Assembly (NCBI GenBank): GCA_002633005.1
Contig: NMRA01000040.1
Coordinates: 203,362 to 267,361, forward strand
Reading direction: 5' to 3'
Length of the DNA: 64,000 nucleotides
DNA from: Phoronis australis
Lineage: Eukaryota; Animalia; Phoronida
Made by a program: the position numbers and the translations under genes. Below are positions 13,701-28,100 of the stretch, in pieces (position 1 is the first letter of the stretch; each line of letters starts with the position of its first letter). Under the pieces are notes generated by a model, which searched no databases, had not been told where the DNA came from, and saw only the letters and a list, made by a program, of their open reading frames with translations.

Positions 13701-16700
13701 AGACAATGACTCCTTCCCATTTTTGGATGGGTCAATGTATTCTGAGCCTTTTAATGGCCATTTTATGATACAAATGAACACCCCGAGAAGCACAATGACT
13801 GCGGTGCAGTCCTGGGTGCATTTCAACGCTTCGCAGTGTTCTTGTTTTTAATTGTACTGCCAACTTCTGTCTTATGCTTTACATCGCTTGGAATTGCAAG
13901 TCAAGCTCATCTATGTATAAAAATATTCAAAAGTTCCAGTGCTTTGTCCTTTTGAACTCCTTTTAGTTCATATCATTGCTATAGTCATATTCGATCTGTT
14001 TGCACAATCTAATCCTCGTATCATCCAGGGTTTACCAGGCAATGAGGGACCACGAGGCCCTCCCGGCTTAGATGGTTGTAACGGCACTAAAGGTGAACCA
14101 GGGTACCCCGGTAGTGGTGGCACCCCCGGCCAACAAGGACTTCCAGGTACAGCAGTTCATTACTTACACTGAACTTTCTGAAATTCATGTGATATCTTAC
14201 TTAGTGTGTCTCGGGTAATTCGCGCTTACATTCCCTGTACTCAAGTCCCGAACCAACAAACACCAAACTCATGGTTCAAGGTCAATGCCAGCTTCCTAAA
14301 GCTCCACACAAATATTGGCCATACTCCATTGTCCCGGTCACTTGGTATGGAGTGTTGTCCCCTGGAGTGTGGAGTTAATGGTCGCAGTATGGAATTTGTA
14401 CCAGATTTGGTCTAATAGGGGGTCGCCAAGCTGGAATTTAGAGGTGCGGTCATGGAATCGTTTCCACCCCTCATAGTTGCATCACGACTGTTCAGATTTT
14501 GACTAAATGGTGTTAGTACAGTACTGACTACAGCAAGTCTTTTGATATTTTAAAAATATTTCTTAGAAATTTGATTAAATGAATTTCCACTTTTTGCTGT
14601 GCTGTTTCCTAAACTGAAAAAAATTATACTTTTCTGAATTAAAGATGTTTGAGAATTTGAATATCAATTTTACCCATAAAATTCTTAGTATGAACATCTA
14701 ACATTTGCATCTTTGCTGAAAAGGGAGATTCCTGAGAATTTTGTTTTGATCCTTGTTTTTACCCCTCGATTAAAATGCGCTGCTACGCGTCCTCAGTAAA
14801 GAATACTACGCTTTTGAAAAATAACTCCAAAAATGTTTCGCTGTGTCTCTTTCTCTCCTGCACTTCTTTCTGTAAGACAGTAGTTGTTTAATGGTAGGCC
14901 TAGATGTGGAGAATTTCTGGTCACTGATCAGATTCCCTTAGTCCAGACAACTTTTATGATGCCAAATTCGCTCTTCCTTTGTATTGATGTAGATCTGAGC
15001 TAATGAAGTGGAAAGGTAATAGCTAGCATTACTGTCTCAACAATGATGGCTGTTATTACACCCAAATTGGTTTTCTCTGGCATTTGCACAGAGTTACAGC
15101 CTGCAACTGTGGAGAGTAGTTTTTACTTGGTACATTTTAAATAGTACAAGGACCACTTCCCAAAGGAACGACATACCCCGAATAATGTGCTTATAAGGAA
15201 GTCGCACATTTCTAAAGATATGTCGGAATTTTCGCCGCTCGTTCTTCTGAGTGGCTTTTACCAGGATCAAAGAGAGCGCGGCGCCGGAGTCGGGCTCCAC
15301 TTCATTAGCTCAAGATGAGTTGAATAGGCATCATAAAAGTTGTTTGGGGCTAAAGGAATCTGAGTGGTGGCCTGTCTAAGCCAGAAATTCTCCATGTGGA
15401 TGGTTTGAAATAGGTTTCATACTGGTTTTCGTTAATTCATTTTTAATACTCCTGTCTGCTTATTTTTTTCTTACTTAGAATGGGTTAATGCCTTTTTATT
15501 TTTGAACTTGAAGTACCAAAATAGTGGTAGATTTTGATCACCAGTGATTCATAGTTAGTTTAGTTAATTGTGAACCCGTCCCTGAACTTTCCAGATTTCA
15601 GCTATACTAAACATTTCATAACGAACAAAACTACTTGTGTCATTAGTTCAAGTTTAATCTTTATTAGAAGTCAAATCATGAAATATATACAAAAGTGCAT
15701 GTTTTGTGATAACCAAACTGAAGATTTGGAATCTCTGGACTATTTCAGTGGCACTGACTATATAACTAGCTTTCTATAAGTCATAAAAATTGCAGAGTGG
15801 GCACAAGTTAAAAATTTGGTTAAACGACATTGAAAGAATATTAAAAGAATAATCCATGTGGTATTGTTAACTCTGATCACGTTTGTAAATCCAACTACTA
15901 TATCAATATGCACGATCGCTAATTTTCAATCATACCCATTGTTTGTAGTTGTTAGCGTATTGGTTATCGATTTTTAAAAATCGAAAACTTTACTTCGGGT
16001 TGTTTGAATGTTTGTTCCAGCTGAATACCGCTGTGGTGTTCGTTTTTAACGAAAATTATTTGTTAATGCATTTTGAAAATTCGCCATTATGTACAGGCAG
16101 AGATGTTTACTACAGTTTATGGTCGGATAATTACACTTAATTAGGTCTTGCTCGCACCGGACAATGTAGTCATCCCAACTGTACCTGACTCCTGCGCCAC
16201 GCTCTCTTTAATCCTGATAAAAGCCACTCAGAAGGACAAGCAGTGAAAATTCCCAAAAAGGGGACTTCCTTGTAACGTAATATTCATGGTATGTACCCAA
16301 AATGAAGTATAGGTGAAAACATTGTTATCACTTCCCATTCAGGTTATCAAGGCAGCAAAGGTCAGAAAGGTGAACCCTCAATATTTGGGCTGAAAGGACA
16401 GAAAGGAGATTCTGGTCCAGATGGTTTACCTGGTTCCCGGGTAAGTGTTATTACTGATTGGGCTTTAGTCAGCACCATTTTGCATTTTTATGATGAGATG
16501 TTAGGAGGGCAGAGAAGAGCTATAAGACTTCATTTGCATTTTGGGATTTATAGGGTTAACATCCTCTTGTTTGGGACTATCAAATATTTATTATAATTCT
16601 GCTCAAGATTGGAGCTATTATATCGATGACGACAGTGTCACCTGTTAACTTTTACGCTGTTAAATATCAAAGCTAGTGTGAATCGTTCAATTAAATTCAA

Positions 16701-19700
16701 AGTTTACATCGAAGCTCTGCTCATGTTTAAGTACACGTAATTCTGTAAGGATCTGTGTTCATAGGTGAAGCGTTGGTTGAGGTGAGAAATAGAAGTACGC
16801 TAAGTACCAAGGTGCTGATGGTAATTTTCTTGTCTAAACCACTTGCTGCAATAAAGCTAGTTTCAACTTATTCCTCATTCAAATTAGAGGCGATTTCTGG
16901 GTTTAGCAGTTTGTTATTAGTTGAGACTAGGCTTGTCACAGTGGGACGTATTTTATAATCTGAATGGTCTCAAGCAATAACTAACCTCATTTGCAGGAAT
17001 CACGTCTCATCTGATTTAAAGGAACAAATTTAGACTGTGAGTTTTATAGCAGGCACCAACTAAAAACTAACCGAATTCCCTTGATGGAAGAAGTAGGTTT
17101 GTAGCAGCTTTCGAGTTGTTGTGTATGCAAATACAAAACTGAGAATGTGCATAGAGAATTATCGCGTTAAATTATGATGTTAAATCACTTATTTTAACCA
17201 ATGTATCCATCCGTGAAAAAATCTGTGATCTAACATGGATACTTCTGATCTTGTGATCAGCTAACAACTGAGTCTTTGTCACTTACGCAAATGTACTTTT
17301 CTTCCAGGGATTGAATGGCAGGGATGGTTTTGATGGTCCAAAAGGATTTCCTGGTCCTCCTGGCCCTGTTGTAAGTATACACACCATCCATTTGGAAACC
17401 TGCATTTTTATCATCTCGTATCACCCTTGTGTGCAATGACTTATGAATGGCCTTGTGAGAAATTTGGCCGTCTGTTTAGTAGTCTGTTTAGTATAGTCTC
17501 TTGTTTTAGCAGTGAGTCTTTGTTGACTGGGCCATAGTATTCCAGTCATTGCTCAATATTAACTGATGGTAGAACTGGATGAATCATTCTGTCCTTGGAG
17601 TTAATGAAACAGGAATTTCTTGGAAATGTGTTGAGGTCATTTTGATGGAACTTGACAGCTTGTTAATTCCCCGATGACCTCAAATGTCCTAAATGACTCC
17701 ATTCTTTCGAAATATTATTTGAATCTCCTTGTGAGTGGGGAATTAGTTGGGGATGTGAGTTGCTGTATTGCATTATGGCTTTCTCCCGTTGAGTCCAACT
17801 TGTTCGGCTGTATACCATAACAAGTTGACAGATGACCACTGTAGCCAATATCTTACACGACTGACTGATTAAGTCCATTCTCACATTGATGGAGGCCAGC
17901 TCTCTTTTGTTCGATAAGTGCTATAATCCCCGATAAGATCCTATCTAGCTTGACTGGACTGTGCTGTTAAAAAATAAAAGTCAAGTTATAAAATGTTTGA
18001 AGATAAACCATTTCTGAATTTCTCATCAACTGCTGATCACCAAAATGGCAAAACTACAACCAAAGTTAAGACAATCTATTCTGTCTGAACATGAATGCAT
18101 TGGGTTTTACTGTGTTCATATGCTGTTGGTAATAAACCTGGTAGATAATTGGCTTGCCTGTCACCATACCAGACAAAAGACTGTGCTGGGCAGTTAACAA
18201 AGGAGCTAGATGTTATCACACACTCACAACTGCTCTGTCTGGTAAAGTCACTGGATGAGAGAACACCCTAATGTTGTCAAAATTGTCATTGTTTTGTCAA
18301 AACTATAATGAAAACCCAGCACCTACTAGAATTGGTAAGAAACCTTGAAATATAAAAGTGTTTGTTTTGGTTGCTCAAAAACTAAATGGCTTGTCCGAAT
18401 TGTTGTTAGTGTTTGCCACCAGCAAGTAGTTTTTAATTTTTCACGTACTTACTTATGGTCAGGGTCGTCCTGGTTTTGATGGAGGCCGTGGTGAAAAGGG
18501 TAACATGGGTCTTGGCTACAGGGGACGTAAAGGTGCCAAGGGTGACCCGGGACCTGAGGGGAAATGTGTGGCGGACACTGGAGAACAGAAGAAAGGCAAT
18601 GAAACCATCGTTGGACCCAAGGGAATGCAAGGTGATCGTGGAATGAAGGGAGAAAAAGGACGTGATGGAGACAGGGGCTTCCCTGGTTTACCGGGACAGA
18701 GGGTGAGTTGCTTCGCCACAGGTGGTGCTAGGAGACACCATGGCTTTATGGTAGAGAGCACGCCTCCCAGTCAAAATGTAGTGTGTTGAAACCCTTACGA
18801 ACTAAGAATCAATACTTTCCCTATTTTCAAAGCCCACACACACATTGTTTAAGTGCTGAAAGTTTTGACTAGTTCTTTTGGCATTGTAGTTGAACAAGAA
18901 GTAAATTTGGATGACTACTTTCTTGAAAATTTTGACAACTGGAATACCTCTTGTTCACCAATTTAAAGAGTGTACAAAAATGTTTATTGTTTCTTTTTGT
19001 GAAGATTTGACATAAATTTCCCCCTGTTCACCAAGTAATGTGATCAGTTGAAGATAGTTTTCCATTTATTCATCACATTGGTATAAAATCTCTTTATTGT
19101 GTTGTTATGTCTGTACATTACCATAGCTTTCACTTCATTCATATGCTATGTATCCTACTGCAGGGAGTACCAGGTGTTGTTGGCATGAAAGGTGAAAAGG
19201 GTATTGCTGGTCTTCCGGGACCCAGAGGAAAACAGGGCCGTCCAGGTGATGATGGTATACCTGGTCTCAAGGTAAGCTTGAAAGGTGTTGGCTTTAGAAT
19301 GTGTCTGTCTATGCCATCATCTGATGCAGACCAAAGTGTCGTGATTAATAGGCACATCCTATTTGGAAAGATACTAGTTGTGGATACCCACAAATTTGCA
19401 AAACATTTGTTTAATGGTAGCTATGATTACAGAGCATGAATATGAGAAAGCATTGATTTGGGCTTCATATCTGTAATGAGAAAATGAGAACAAAGAAAAT
19501 TTCACTTGTCATCCATATTGTGTCCTAAATATTACCATAACCTTATTGACACTGTGTATTTAGGTGGAAATCTATGAAACTGTAGAATTCAAGGTTATGT
19601 AAAACTTTATCGACAAGTCACTACCTTTAGCAAAATAAAATAAATTTAGTATTTGATTTGTTTCAAGTATTCAGAAAGCCAGTAGAATTTTATTTTGGAC

Positions 19701-22071
19701 CAATCTGTCATTAATTGGATCACATGACCATGTCTTTTTGGTAACATTTAGCTAACTATGTACATTCATATCAAAACAATAATATTAATAATGAATGTGA
19801 CCAAATTTCTTGTGATACAAAGTTCAAGATGATTTTTCAAGTAGGCTGTTATCTTCGTTTTCTGTATAAAGTCTTATTTTTGCAATAGTGAAACATTTTA
19901 AATAATTCTCGTAGAACTATGCAAAGCATTGTAGCTAGTACAATTAGCGAATTCTGAGATACGATGTTCCGAAGGTATAGCCAAATTTGGATGTTTATCT
20001 TAGGTTACCCATAACTTAAGCTTGTCTTTTGTATTGTGGTTTTCTATTCGTGCGTACGTTCAGACTCGAGGCACACACACCGTATTTTACTATTCAAACT
20101 TCTCCGTCATCGTGCGGCACTTCCTATTTGGACTGACCTCTGTACTGTTTCTTACAGGGAATTCGTGGTGACCTCGGTGACCCAGGTCGAGATGGCTATG
20201 ATGGAAGCAAGGGAGACAGAGGTGACTCAGGAATAGACGGCCCCCGTGGCTACCCCGGTGTGCCGGGTCGGATAGGAGTACGTTTGACTTTTGAATGAAA
20301 TAATTTTTAAGTAGAGCCTGTCAAATATAGAAGTGTACACTGTCAGCTATTAATGCTTTCCTTGATGGTGGGTGATATGTCAATCAGATGATTGGGTTTT
20401 TCTTGCCCTTATTGGCTACGAAAAGATGTCTCTTTCAATTTAGTTCCGTACTAAGGGGCCCACTTTCTACTTTAGGAAGTCCGTGCTAATGGATCCAATT
20501 TTGCAAAACTCTAACAGAAGATTCTGACCTTCATGTTTGTGGGGAATAGTCACTTATAGGGGTCCCGCATTTTCAAAACCAATTTTCTCCACAAATAATA
20601 TTATGGGCATTAAACTGGGTCTCAAAATTCATGACTGTAACCCTGTAAGTTACTGTTGCCGTTGTTGGGTTAATAGGCCTTTTGTATGAAAGGATGTCTT
20701 ATAATCTCCCTGCGGGTAATTTTAATGGGACTAACTCAGTAGAGCGGTGACTATTTATTGTGTTCATATTCACTTTTTCTTGGTCAAGGTAACTGTATTC
20801 TTCAGAGGTAACGTTCTAGCGAGCTGCTCCTTGTGTTTGGAAGTTCATTCCACACACAACACCGATAACTTTTAAGGCTTAAATTCCTTCACCTTGTTAT
20901 CCGTTGTTAATTAGGCCTCCATGCCCATCATAAATTATTGGTAGGTTGGCCTCTGGTTAGCTGGGGAGGTAATCGCCCCCTGCCCAAATCAGGACTAAAT
21001 AGGTCTTATTCTTCAAACCACAGCTGCAAGGTACCTAAACTGCATGGTTAACCGACTCCTAAACACGGCCACGGACACAAAAACAACTCACACTCACGTA
21101 CCTGCAAACACCGTTCACTGACTCAAATACACGAGATTCGACTCACAAAACACGATCCATACACGGTCATGGATTCGCATTCACGAAGAAACACGGTTAT
21201 CGGACCGCCAAACATGCTAAACTGATCAACGCCATCTTGAGGCGTGGGGACAAGCCGATGAGTGTGTGACCATGTATTTGTCATGCTTTATCGGAGTGAA
21301 CCGTGTCTGGCAATCTAGCTTTTAACCGTGTTTTGTGAGTCGGATCCCGCGTGAACGGTGTTTGCAGGTACATGAGTCATGGTTTTGCGTCCGTGACCGT
21401 GTTTAGGAATCCAGTCACTGTGTAGTTTAGGTACCTTGAGCTAGGAATTTTTAAAGTTGGGATTACCAAAGCCATTTTATCAGTGCTGGGACTTTTATGA
21501 AGGCTTTTGTTTGGGGATTAGGGACGGTGGTGTCAGTCATAACCAATGCCTGTTCTTGGCAGCATTATTTCCCAGCCATTTATGACACTGCAGACGCAAT
21601 ATGAACTAAATCTATTTTGGAAAATTGCTTTAACGACAAAAATCAGTTTGGTGCATTAAAGAAAAGACAAATAACGGGCATTGCAAGTGATGTTCCTTTG
21701 TTGATATGTCTCAACCTGTATTGCGCAACCTGCCTGAGCAACACCATGTGGTAGCTACAATACTGAACCATAGAGGGCTTACCTGAGTGCCCTTAATACA
21801 CTCAAAGAATGCTGTGAAATAAATGAGAGGTCACAGTCATGATTTTCTGTTACACCAAAAAAGCATTGCTGGTTCTGCTATCTTGTGTTTTTGAAAATCG
21901 AGTCAGTGCAGCATTTTTTTTTAGTCTCCCTTTCATTTCGAAAAAAGAAAATCCATCCGAGATGAGCAAATCATGGCATTTCAAACCTTGCTTACCCTTC
22001 CATACATGGCTTTGTGCAGTTTTTTCAACAACAAAAAGCCGGACCGTGGGTGAAATGAATGCGGGCGAGCA

Positions 22072-22102
<31 letters not shown>

Positions 22103-25100
22103 CCAAGTCCGAGTGCAGGTCTCGAAATTGGTCTTGGTAACAGGCCAGCACTGGCTATTCTTTTTTGGCCTTAGCCACAGTTTTATGATGTGTTAATGAA
22201 GAGAATGCACAAACGCAATTACCAAGCAATGCAAGCATGCTCTTATTGTCGATCCGCATGGTCTTTGTAAAGTACATCACTTTTAAGTTTTCTGCCACTT
22301 GGCTTGGTAAACGATATGAAGACACTAGTCCATGATGGTAAAACTACCAGTTTCTGAGACATGCTTGGTTCTATTAACAGGGTAAAGGCAACGATGGTCC
22401 CAAAGGTGCTAAAGGAGTGCGAGGCCCGCCTGGGGAACTAGGCGAGACGGGCAACCCTGGTTTACCCGGCATCAGAGGTCTGCCTGGTGAGACGGGTCTG
22501 CCTGGCCGTGAGGGTCCTCCAGGTCTTCAAGGCTTTGATGGTCCTCGGGGTCCACCAGGTGAACCAGGACCTCCAGGTAGGCGCATGAGCGCTTTTAAGC
22601 CAAATAGTAGACTAAAAGATGAATAAACTATTGTAAGATTGATAGATTGCACTAAACATACTGAATGCCTCTCTGAATTCTGTATTTGGCCAAATCGGAG
22701 CTGTTGACAAGAGCTGTTTTAATATTATATTTTCTATTGGTTTATTCAAGTTTTTTTGTGATTATCTACTTCTTGCAGTGTGGCTTCTTGCAGTGTGGCT
22801 AGTTAGATAGATTCTGTACGTGCTACTCTGCTCCCCCCATTATACCAGATTATCTGTGTTAAGCTAATTCTTCAGTTATGTAGCGCATAATATAATGGGC
22901 ATGGGATATTTTGCCAAATTTCTCCACAAAATATATATATATTAAGAGAATTTTAGTCTATTGCTAACGTAGTTTGTACTGTGTAGATGTCGTAAAACAA
23001 CCTTTGGTGAAGTTTCCACTGTTTGCAGTGGAGTAACCAGCCTTTAAAAATGAAAATGGCAATCTAGATATTAATTTTTTGTGCCAAATAAGTGGAGAAT
23101 TGCCGTAACATTGGGGGGGGGGGGTAAATTGATTGGAGAAGAAACTAATTTACAAGGTGGTCTTTCAAGGTTTACCCGGCGTGGATGGTCTGGATGGTTC
23201 TGTTGGACGCGTTGGACCCAAAGGTGAACCTGGCTTCAAGGGTGAGCCGGGTGAGGGGTTGCGAGGATTTGATGGGCGTGACGGACGACCTGGTGTCAAT
23301 GGCTTTCCTGGAGGGAAGGGTGATAAGGGCTTCCAGGTGAGTTTGTCCGTGTGTTGGGAGATATTGATTTGATGTGTATCAACTAGCAAAATGTGTTGTC
23401 CTTAAGATGCATTTTGCTTTCTCTCTCACTACCCTCTTCAGAGATGCTTATGGTGAAAATTCTCCAGTTTTGGGGCAGTGACTAATTAATATTTTTATTT
23501 AAGGTTGGAGCTTGTCTCACCAAATTTATTTAAGAAATGAACAATAATGCCTGCCCCAATCACCAGAAAGATGGAAGAACTAGCCACTCTGTAGATTGAA
23601 AATACAGTGTCCGCAATTTGAGAAATAAAGTGAACGGCAAAATTGCCCTGTTTGTTCCAAGTTCCAGACTCAAAAAATCGAAAAGCCATGAGTTTCCCTG
23701 TCCCAAATTCTAGAGACTGTCTCTGATTGGAGAATTTTCACTCAATTATTGTGTGATGAATATTAATGTAATATGAATCGCGTGTATTAGCTCCTTTTAT
23801 TTTGTTGTCGCAACTGGGCGCATGGACTTTTTCTTTCACAATATTTTGGTGCTGTAATCGAAAATAAAGAATACTTATGTCTGAAACTGTTGGGTAGTTT
23901 AAGGTACTCTAACTTCAATGCACTGTGCAGGGCCCCAGAGGAAAACCAGGAAAATCCAGCAATGGGACACAAGGAGATCGAGGCTACCCAGGGCCCAAGG
24001 GTGATAAGGGTGAATCCGGTCGGGATGGTAGATCTGGACGTGAAGGAGCACCAGGCGAGAGAGGTAAGAATGCTGGATTTAAGCACTCTTGGGTCAGCAA
24101 ATTCATTGAAAGAAGCCAGTTTAGTATTGTCATGTGATGTTGGTTGATGATGATCAGTGTTACAGTGGGTACTTGTTATATTTGTGTATGAGCATATTGT
24201 TTGTGTATGAGCATATGCACCAAACACACACCACACACTGTGCGCATGTTTTCTGATGTATGTCTGTAATGTCAACTCATGGTCTCTAAAACAAATGTGG
24301 ACTGTTCCCGAGGGTGGTATCAGGTGGTGTCGACTGAGGGATAGCAACATATGACCTAACAATAAGCATATGGTATCAAACCTTGGTGAATTTCTGCCAG
24401 TTTAGCTCACACTTTGTTGCGCCAAGTTTATTACTTCTCTATTATTCGGAAACTAAATAAATGCAATCTGTATGGCCTATTGTCAAGCTCAACAGAAGTT
24501 AACTGACTTTCATGAGGGTACTACTTTCTCCTGTCATTGAGGTCATTCACATCTTTTGCTGTTAGGGTGGAACAATTAACTTGCTATAAGGGGTTAGAGC
24601 AGGTTAGAACATGGTTATCATTTCTGGCAAATAAGTCACCTAGGAAGCATATGCTTATTTAGTCAAATTACCTACAAAATTCCAGAATTTTACTCAGAAA
24701 ATGTAAGTAATTTTCTGAAAGTAGAGAGATTGTAGAATTTGATTTTAATTTCTACTTAATACAAATCTGTCTTCACATGGACATGTTTTATTGAAATACT
24801 AAAATTTATCAATTCGCAAAATCAGTTTTCCAAAATGTCATTTCTATTTTATGCAGCTTTTGAGATGAAAATCCATATTTTCAAAAAAACCATGAAAGCC
24901 TCAATTTTGACAGTTTCTTATGCAAAAATAAGCCTGTTTAAAAAAATCAGCAGTCTGGAGAACAACATAGTATCTGACACACTTAAAGTTTTAACTGTCT
25001 TGGAGATAAAGGTTAAAATCGAAATTAAGTACATCATCAGCAGCAAAAAGTTAATGGACAGGCAATTTTGGATTTAAAATTTCCCACTTAAAAATGTAAA

Positions 25101-28100
25101 TGATAAATAGACATTTGATTGTCAATCACAAAAGAAACACACAAGAACGTTTTAAAATATTTTATTTGCAAAATAACGTTTAACAAACATAACACAAATA
25201 CTAAAGCATCACTTTCTAAATCACTGTGAAGACAGGATACTGATTAAAATCCCTTTTTAAAACAGACATACAAAAACATAATATTCGCAGGCTGTATAAG
25301 CTGTCAAACCTGTCCAAAATGACCAGGGACCATTATCCTAAAAGCACCTTTTCACTAACACTGCTAGGCTTTGATTTCAAGTAAAAAGGTTACATTCTGG
25401 GCCCGGAGTAAGTTGTAGCATTGTTGAGTTTCCTGTTTTGTTTTACCAGGTAACCCCGGTGCTTCGTGTAGATTGTGTTTTGATGGGACAAAGGGAGAGA
25501 AAGGTGCACCTGGATTCGAAGGTCTTCCGGGAGATGTAGGACCGAATGGACTCGACGGTCGCCAGGGTCAGCCAGGCGAAAGCGGAGAGCCGGGATACCC
25601 TGGGCGATCGGGTCCTCCCGGTCCACCTGTAAGTGTTGTTGTGAACATTAAGCTCCACTTAAATGATTTCTTAGATTACTTCATAATGCAGGAAACGTTT
25701 GTGTGAAGGTAATGTATTTACATGACTTTTGATTGCACTACAATGCTATGGAATTGTTTACATATGTGACGAGAACTTAGATAGTCATTGTTGTTGCTGC
25801 TATAATCTCGTTGACAAATATCTACCAATACCATAGCAAACGTAAATTTATTTAGTTTTCATTTGTTAGCCTTCATTGGTTGTCTCATTATTAATTTGAG
25901 TTTAAATTTCATTGTTACCTTCAATTTCCCACCGTTGAAAAATGCATTCTAGTTACGATTAACAATGTTTGTGCCAATATTCTTTCCAGACTCAACATTG
26001 ATGTAGGGTTCATGTTTCATGCCATTCTCATTGTTAGTAAGAATACGATTGTTGTCAGTTTGTAGAGGTTTCAAGCAGCTGAGCCTAAAAATATTGTTTT
26101 ATTATTCCTAAGTTTTCATTCATGTAAATGGAACACTGCCTTTTTGAAGGTGTTTTAATTTGTCAAGTTGTCGTATTTTGCTTTCTGTAAAAACCATTTT
26201 AGAACACCTCTTTGTCAATTTCTATCAAAATCGAATTAAGAAAATGATAAAAATAGTTCTTGGCAATGAGCATTAGTTCCAGGTTTCAAGCACTGTCTGA
26301 GTTGCTGTACCAAGTTCTGTAATCATGGTTCTCTATGACATTTGGCATGTCTGATCATGCTGAGGAGTGCACTTCTACCATTGATTTTTGGACAGTTTCC
26401 ACCACTGTGGTGCTTTATAGTGGCAGTTTTTTTAGAGTGCCTACTTAAGCTCCTACCAATATCCTTGATGGATCTTGGTGAAGAGAGAGAGTGACCGGTA
26501 TTGATTTTAAATGGGTCTGACTTGCAATGTTGGTTTCTTCTCGTCTGCCTCGATATCTATCAAGTTTTGAATGGTTCTTCTTGAAATTTGGCTTATGGAT
26601 TTCTAGTGAGGAAAGCACGACTGGTGATGATTTTTGAACTAATGTAACTACTGTGGTGCCCCCTAGTGGCAAATTGTCATTGCGTCTGCTTTATTATCTT
26701 CCAATTTTTATGGATCCTCTTAAAATTTAACTTACGGGTTCCAAATGATGAGAGTACAACTGATACTGATTTTAAATGGATCCAAATACTTTAGAAGTAT
26801 TTTAAAAATGAGCACCCCTTGTTTTTTGTTTAATGTTTGTTGTATACAGTGGGCGCATGTCAAGTGTTTCACATTGCCCGTGTCTGGCATCATTGATCAA
26901 TCATTCATTGAATGTCAAGTTGTTACGGTATGAACTGGTGCCTTTACTGAAAAGCGCGAGGTATCTCGGCCATTGAGCGCACTTACCAGCTGACATTTTC
27001 AGATTTTGCTCACAACGTCTCACTTTTGTCATGAGCAATAATTTCTTCCTTTTATCTAATAAATTTTGTTTTGATAGGAATTGATGAAAATAGGTCCAAA
27101 ATACCTTCAATGCCAAGTTGACTAAAGCGGCTTCAAAAAGGTTATGTTCCCCTTAAAGAACATTTGACAGCAGTAGTTAGTTTCAGCATCAAATAATGTT
27201 TTACTTTGTTGCCACATGAAGGGTGAGCGAGGTCGCGATGGATTTCCCGGTGCACCAGGACAAAAGGGAGAAACACGAACTGTACCAGCTGTGCGTGGTG
27301 AAAAAGGTACGGGAACGGGTGGTCCCATGTCCATTGTTAAGTTGGAGCGCTTCAGATGGCAAATATCAAGTAGCCATTAATGTGGTGTATTTCGTACCGT
27401 GACTTTTAGGTCAAGTGAAGATCCTCAAAATATTTTAATATGGAAATTTTTTTTCACATAATACGATTATCTTTTTTAGTCAAGGATCAGTTAAGGTCAA
27501 CTTGCAGTGAATATGATGGGCAATTTCATGCCTGGTTACCTAAGCTAATCTCTAGCAAGTAATAACAGCTCAGCTGAAGCTGGATGGGTTTTTTTTTTGA
27601 AGAAAGTAGTGTGGATTTTAAAGTTAGCAACCAGTGGATTTGCCTTAACTTGACTGGCGAGAGTGTCAGTGTGGGAGTCTTTCCTTGTCTTTGAAACCAG
27701 ATCATGGGTAACGTTTACCTCACTACATTGTCATTTTCCTAAGCATGCATTATGTCAGAGGTTAGTTATATGACTTATATTTGCATAAATTGTTAATTAA
27801 CTAGTCTTCTGTTCACAGTAAATTTGAGTCAATGCCAGTTGGTTTTTTGGACACTGATGCATTTGGAAGAATTTGGTCCATGGTTTCTGCGATTCCAGTC
27901 TAAAAGTTGAATTCTACTTGCAGTTAATTCTTAAGCTGGCTGCAATGGTGGCTTAAGTAGTGAAGTTGACATTTTAGGCAGCTCTCATTGTTATAAGTTT
28001 TAAGCAGAAAGTCACCTTTTGCATCAGAACTAATTGTAGACAGTCTACCGGTGCAACAAGAATTGTGAGGTGATGTAGCTAGTGGTCCTGTTAAAAGTGC

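Noticed and set aside
18463-18702. Mutually exclusive exon pair as in nematode let-2 alpha2(IV)
   Set aside because: The comparable interruption (TIVGPKG) lies inside one 240-nt exon and I found no alternative copy in the flanking introns.
21839-22174. 111-aa ORF with poly-Val
   Set aside because: Poly-Val comes from the (GTT)10 microsatellite in an intron; no other coding signal.
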